From the NCBI GenBank assembly GCA_951406725.2, contig OX597816.1, positions 163,308,001-163,372,000 of the forward strand: 64,000 bases of DNA, given 5' to 3'. A model generated the notes under the pieces. It made no database searches. It saw only the letters and a list, made by a program, of their open reading frames with translations, and was not told the origin of the DNA. This stretch comes from Octopus vulgaris. Lineage: Eukaryota. Shown one piece after another: positions 57,401 to 64,000 of the stretch. The position numbers and the translations under genes are program-made. Each line of letters opens with the position of its first letter. Position 1 is the stretch's first letter.

Positions 57401-57554
57401 TATAGGTAAATACATATCTGCATATCTATACATGTGTGTGTGTGTGTGTACGTGAATGTGTTTATGCATTCCTGCGCAATGCACCTTTATGTGCACGTTT
57501 GCATACACAGACTTGTGTATGTCACTGTGTAGGTCTGTGTGTGTGTGTTTGCGT

Positions 57555-57775
57555 GCGAGCTGGCAGACTCATTAGCACGCCGGGCGGAATGCTTAGCGGT
57601 ATTTCGTCTGTCATTACGTTCTGAGTTCAAATTCCGCCGAGGTCGACTTTGCCTTTCATCCTTTCGGGGTCGATAAATAAAGTACCAGTTTCTCACTGGG
57701 TCGATGTAATCGACTTAACCCCTTTGTCTGTCCTTGTTTGTCCCCTCTATGTTTAGCCCCTTGTGGGCAATAAAG

Positions 57776-57780
<5 letters not shown>
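57555..57780 (+). mobile_element. SINE family A
   Basis: Matches 961-1189. Confidence 0.88.
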
Positions 57781-57814
<34 letters not shown>

Positions 57815-58285
57815 TACACACATAGGTATGTTGCTTTATCGAAATACACAGACGCACCAAGTTCTAATATTTTTTCCAGGAGATAGAGGAGGGGGAAGGG
57901 GGGAGGGGGAGGAAGGGAAGGAAGAGGAGGAGGGGACCCTAAACCCCTATTTACAAATCATCAAAGACTGGCCAGCCAGGCTGACTGTGAATGTGAGCTT
58001 GTACAGGTAAACGGAGATAAAATATGATCAGACAGACAGTTCCAGCAGAGTGCAGCTGTACGCGTTCAGAGACCTTTACCTTCACAGCAGCACACCGATG
58101 TGGCGTGCACTTTTGCCTAATTCACAGGTCATATATACACATTATACATACATACATACGACGTACGTACGTACATACATACATACATACATACATACAT
58201 ACATACATACATGCATACATACATACATACATACATTGAGTGCTAGAGAGTGAGGGGGTGAGAAAGAGAAAGAAAGAACGAAGGA

Positions 58286-58336
<51 letters not shown>

Positions 58337-58450
58337 GAAGGAAGGAAGAAAGGAAGGAAGGAATAATGAAAGGAAGGAAGGAAGGAAGGAAGGAAGGAAG
58401 AAAGAAAGAAAGAGAAGAAAGAAAAGAAAGAAAGGAAGAAAGAAAGAAAA

Positions 58451-58486
<36 letters not shown>

Positions 58487-58518
58487 AGAAAGAAAGAAAG
58501 AAAGAAAGAAGGAAGGAA

Positions 58519-58550
<32 letters not shown>

Positions 58551-58792
58551 AGGAAGAAAGAAAGAAAGAAAGAAAGAACGAAAGACGGAAAGGAAGAAAG
58601 AAGGAATATACAAGGAGTTTTCGTCAACTTACATACTATGAGTGCTAAGTTTAGTTTCACTAAAGCTCCAGCCTGAACAGCAACTGAAGAGTGGTGCTGA
58701 AAATACCTATACATACATACATATATTTATTTCGATAAAACAACATACCTATGTGTGTATGTGTGTGTGTATATATATATATATATACATAT

Positions 58793-58877
58793 TTTTCTTT
58801 ATTGCCCACAAGGGGCTAAACATAGAGGGGACAAACAAGGACAGACAAAGGGATTAAGTCGATTACATCGACCCAGT
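58793..58877 (-). mobile_element. SINE family A, 3' tail
   Basis: TTTCTTTATTGCCCACAAGGGGCTAAACATAGAGGGGAC. Confidence 0.8.
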
Positions 58878-61081
58878 GAGAAACGCAGAGTAGATGAAAC
58901 AATGGCGACTGAAGAAGGGGAATTTTCCTTGTGTTATTTGTCCTGTACTCTATTTTTTTGTTGTTTAAGAAAAATGTCCAGTTCCTTGTATTTGTGTTTA
59001 TGTTTTCGTTCCTCATTGTGTTCGGCGTTTTTTTTTTGGTGTCCTGTACCCTTTTATGCGTGTATATATACATGTAGAGGTAGGTACGTACATATATGTA
59101 TATATATATATATATGTTTTATTTATTATATATATATATATATATACACAGACACACATACTGAGTGGTAAGGTTTCAAGAAGTAGTATGGCAGTCGATC
59201 AGCTAAGAGAGAAAGATTATTATAAATAAAGACGACAAATCTTGTGTAATACAACTACCCGGGGTTTCTCGGTGGAAATATTAATTTATTTCGCCATTTT
59301 TCATGCTGTTCAAAGCAACAAGACGGTTTAACTGCATTCGAAGCAGTTGATGTTTGAATGGAAAAGCGTATCTAGAAAAAGGGAGAGAGAAAAACACAGA
59401 AGAGGTAAACTAACCCTACACGAAATACAGCCAGTACCTTACGCGTATCAAAATTACAATAGCCAAACAGAAATGTTTGTTGATGTGTCCGTTGGCCTAA
59501 AATGTATTTTTTTAAATGCGGACATAAAGAAAATATCTCGTTCGTGGAATTTACTCATTTATTGGAGTTTTTAAAGTTTTTATATGATATTTTAAGGAGG
59601 AAACATATCAAGCATCTTTTTGACCCGGTAATTCAGGCCTAGTCTTGGTAAGGATTTTCCATTTGATGTTCTAATTGATGTTTTCGTCTTTAAGTTTCCA
59701 GATTAATGCCGAGAGGGTTGTTGTATGTCTCTTCTCGCGGTGCCTAAAGGTCGGAAGATGGTTACAGTATCTGTATTTGACTTTAAATATGCATAATGCA
59801 ATTAAGGATAATGGATAAAGCCAAGTGTCGGACAGCCAATAAGTTTTATATCATATCACTAACGTCACCATGTGTCCGTTGCTAAGACATTTAAGACAAA
59901 ATGTTAATGGCAGCTAAATGAAAGCAAATAGCACAGGATGGAAACAATTATCATAGTAAGCAGTGACAGCGCTATGAAACTGGAATGATTTGTTACTTCC
60001 TACTGAGGTGTTCATATATCTCAATGGAATTATCCTGGGATTAAAACACTTGCAGCACATTTTATATCATTACTGCCACTACACCACAAGGCTGGATATA
60101 AAATATACATGGTCAACTTCTTGTAAATTGCTGTAAATTTTATAAAGTACATCTACCAAACATCATTCTATTTCTCCTTCAATATTTTGACAAAATGAAT
60201 CATAATACAACTGGCAGCTATAGCGGAATCAGAGAGGAAAGTTTAATAAGACGTTAGTGACATTTTCATGAACAGAAAGTTTCCTCTGCATTTGTCATGT
60301 GTATTATTTTTTTTACTACCCTCAGTTATAAAGTGAATATTTGATTTATTTGCCAATTTTTTAAAAACTTTTACATCGTTAAAACATATGGCAGAAGGTC
60401 GTCCATTTTTATCTTTTTATTTTTTATTTTTTGACCATATACCGATTTGCTTTATTGTTTTAATGATGTAGTTGAATTTGCTTGCTTTTTTATTATTAAT
60501 TTTTATTTTCTCAGAGTGAACCAAATTTATAATTTCGTTTTCCTGCGGCAAAACTCAAACAACAAAGGTTTCAGGATTTGAATCAATTAACTTTTTAACT
60601 TTATTTTATGTCTGTTGTTTTAAATTAATCGCAAATGCTTCTAAGCCTCCTTGGTAAAAGCCCCAGGCATGCTTTTGCTTTCGCTTCTCTTATGCAAAAC
60701 TGTTATATTAAAAGATGAAAAAAATATGCGAAATAGCTTTAACAACATCAAGAACACCAACACCAGCTAATACAAAAAACTTATCCATCATTTATTATTT
60801 GATTACCAACCAAATATTCCTGGCATCTATTAAGGAAAATCGCATTCTGCTTTGTCTTAAGATTTGCTCAGTTTTACAAGTGAGGTAATTTGGTAATTTT
60901 ATAATATGAATTTTTTTTTTTTTACTTGAGTAATATAAGGTAGAAATGTTGCGAAATGAAATATTATGAAGACTTCACTGCCTCTACGTTTTCAGCTTAC
61001 TATAAATAGGTGGAAAGCACCCTCACATCTCACCCAACTTCTCTAACAGAAGGAAGGACACATTATATAAAAATGACTACG

Positions 61082-61155
<74 letters not shown>

Positions 61156-61156
61156 C

Positions 61157-61189
<33 letters not shown>

Positions 61190-61479
61190 GCTACCCAACT
61201 TTTCCCTAAAACAAAGGTGGTGGTGGTGGTGGTGGTGGTGGTGGTGGTGGTGGTGATGGTGATAATGATAAAAATAAAAATAATATGCTGCAGCTGCTAA
61301 TACTAAATACTACTAACACTACATTACCACTACAACTACTACTATTATGATACCACAGGTATCTGAGGCCCAACTACCACTCTTACCACTACCTCCACCC
61401 ACGCTACTGTTGCTGTTGCTACAAACACTGCTGCTACTACACATAAGAACAATAATATCAGTGATATCAGTGATATCAG

Positions 61480-61519
<40 letters not shown>

Positions 61520-61729
61520 AATAATAATAATAATAATGAAAGGAAACGGGTGGAACCTCCTCCTCCTCCTCATGAGCTGATTAATGATACATCTAGTGAT
61601 GGTGTCACAATAAAAACACTGGTAATTGCGCGACCTGATAATCACTACCTCATATGAGTGACAATGAAAAAACAAAATATTGTGAATAATGGTGGTAATG
61701 AAACTGAAGCCAATGATGGTGACAGTGTT

Positions 61730-63060
61730 ACGCCCGGTAGGCTCAGAGATTCTGGTCCGGCTCCAGCCTGTCGATATCCAGAAAGGGACCACCACACACG
61801 GTGTAGATAGAGCAAGCAAATTAATGCTGTGGTCATGGAGTGTTACTATATGAGCAACTCGGTAGATGAAAATGGTGCTCAAATTAGGTGTTACCGACAA
61901 CGTATGTATGATCATTGGAGAGAAAAGGGATTGTTTCAACTCGAGGAATAGAGACTATATGTGATCAAGCTAGAGTAATAAGGAAAAATTGTTGGTTCTC
62001 AGAAGTAGAGCTCGAAGCTATCAAAAGACGGGTCATAGAAAATAAGAGCAGAGATAGCGAGGAAAATACAGGTCTTAGTAATAAGAGTAATCTCATAGCA
62101 CAAGAAAGGAGCAGTAGTAGTTTACTTGATGAGAGAATATAGCTGATCTAAAAGAAGACAATAAAACTAATGGTGACATGACAGATGAACAAAAGGCAAT
62201 CTACGACAGAATAAAAGCAACACTACAGGAGAACGTTAGCGACATTATTCGCAACCTTAAAAAGGTTGATCGATGGAAATTGAACCAAGATACGAAAAAT
62301 GTCAATGAAATTCTTACATAGATCAAAAGAAACAGCATCACAGAAACAAATAATTTGATCAAGGCAGCAAGTATTGTCGTAGCAGAAAATGTGGGAATGC
62401 TATATCTAGATAGATATAGATATAGCATGCACAGCAGACAACAAGGTATGCGATAAGGAAGAAAGAAAAGTCGGGAGATATGACAGGTTAGCTTGGGAAG
62501 TGTTAAGCAGTTGTGGTCGATTAAAAAGGTAGCAGTAATACCAATAATCGTCGGAGCCCTGGGAACAGTGAGCAAAAATCTCGAGAGGTACGGGGAACAA
62601 ATATGGGCTGCAATAAGGGTGGAGCACTTACTGAAAACAGCACTACTTGGAACCACCCGAATACTCCGGAAGGTGCTCGTAAAGTAAGAGGTGTTACCTT
62701 AGTTCACTGGTTGTGAACAACTGACACTTATTATAACGGCTAAGATCCAAGCACTGCAAGCAAACGACTTGAGAAAATATATTTATGGGGAGAAGCTGTC
62801 AGCAAAATGTAGACCGGTGCGTGGAATTTGGGATGAAACAATTTCACAGATCGTTGCTGAATGTTGCAAGTTGGCACAGGCCAGAAATAGAGGCATTATC
62901 AAGCTGTGAAAGATTTAGACAAGAAGCTTTGTCAAAAATAAGGATTTGAAGAAGGAAGTATATGGTACTATTATCGACTTGAAAGTGTATTTGATTCGGA
63001 AATATGCATGATTTTGTAGAATGTTCCTATTCAAACGGATAAGAAGTTAGATCATAACAA
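61730..63060 (+). mobile_element. Rearranged, degraded Dong/R4 element: N-terminal domain (61730-62400), C-terminus + 3' UTR (62490-62730), zinc finger/RLE piece (62740-63060)
   Basis: VMECYY..RCYRQRMYDHWREKG..LCDQARVIRKNCWFSEVELEAIK; WSIKKVAVIPIIVGALGTV..EHLLKTALLGTTRILRKVL; ETISQIVAECCKLAQ. Confidence 0.8.
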
Positions 63061-63543
63061 CGTCGTGATTTCGGGGTCAGTAACATTGCAGAGGGCCCTA
63101 AGCAAGTTTCTTTCGACATAGCCCCGGATCGACCTGTGCCTTGTCAGTAAATTTGGTAGACCGCAACTGTATGGAAGCATGTCGTGTCAAACCAATAATA
63201 TACACCCTAACATCTCTAATTTTTTTTTTGTTTTCTCTTTGAATTCTTTGTTAGTTATCGATTTGCCGACCATCCCACCTTCAAGCTGACCTTCCGCGTC
63301 CTTCTGACTAATTCTTGGATATCCTTTACCCTAGGATTACCTCCTCTAATTCGTTACATCTCTGAATTCTCTTGGAGCACGTCAACTCGTTAACATTAAT
63401 AGTAAATCTTCATCATTCGTCTGCGGCTCTTACACCTTTCATTCTTCTCTTTCCCTACACTTCTCTCCTCTTTTTTTCCTTAATCTATCCTCCCTTCCTA
63501 TCTCCTGTTCCTTCCTCTTTTTCTTCTTAATTCGACTTTCCTC

Positions 63544-63584
63544 TACTACCAGACGAAAGGTTATGGCGCCGAAACGTGGTATTA
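63544..63584 (+). ncRNA. Decayed hammerhead-like motif after a pyrimidine-rich tract (Penelope-like)
   Basis: TAC-CAGACGA-AAGG..CC-GAAA-CG-TG-GTA; U4 and H17 mutated. Confidence 0.4.
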
Positions 63585-64000
63585 TTACGTTTAACTTTCT
63601 CTCAAAAATTTTCATCGAGCATCAAATTAATAACATTTACTGGAAACGTCGCTTTGATTTTTGTTGTTTTTGTTTTTGAATTCATCGATCGTTGTCGACT
63701 TGCCTTCATACGTCGGGTCACCAGTTGTACGACGATGAACACAGATATCTGTAGGGTTTTTGATAAACAATATTTTCATTCTTTTCGTACGCAAAAAAGA
63801 AAAATGCTGTCACTACCACGAACGACGAAAGAGTATTTTGAATGTTGTTGTTCTTGGTGTAATTGCAATAGCAGATAAAGTGTCGTTAGCTGCTTGCCGT
63901 GCTACTGACTTCTAATGCTGTTCGTCCTCCGGCTGCCCGTTGACTTTGTGTTGTCAGCTGTTGTCCGCCTTCTCTTGAGCATTTTCTGTGGTGTTTGTCA

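Noticed and set aside
58900-58935. CTGAAGA followed by a hairpin
   Set aside because: No GAAA-stem III-UH after stem II.

Overview
AT-rich, microsatellite-saturated eukaryotic DNA with no convincing host protein-coding exon (intergenic or deep intronic). The SINE families and repeat landscape resemble an octopus (coleoid cephalopod) genome; this is an inference, not a database match. Nearly all ORF-track entries are artefacts of (TA)n/(TG)n/(AAT)n/(ATCT)n tracts. The main content is: (i) a young, 5'-truncated Dong/R4-clade RLE retrotransposon (RT YMDD + CCHC + PD..D endonuclease, 18431-20487) in an (AAT)n tract, plus several Dong/R4 relics in (AAT)n or (CATA)n; (ii) about 35 copies or fragments of three or four tRNA-derived SINE families, several with target-site duplications; (iii) relics of mariner, DD37D Tc1/mariner, CR1, RTE and LINE ORF1, a Helentron-type non-autonomous element and MITEs. 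Not shown by the ORF track: at least 7-8 minimal type I hammerhead ribozyme motifs with palindromic stem III, one with an intact core (48736-48770), in short Penelope-like segments near (TA)n; and at least five local inverted duplications or fold-backs of 30-350 bp that would form long dsRNA if transcribed.
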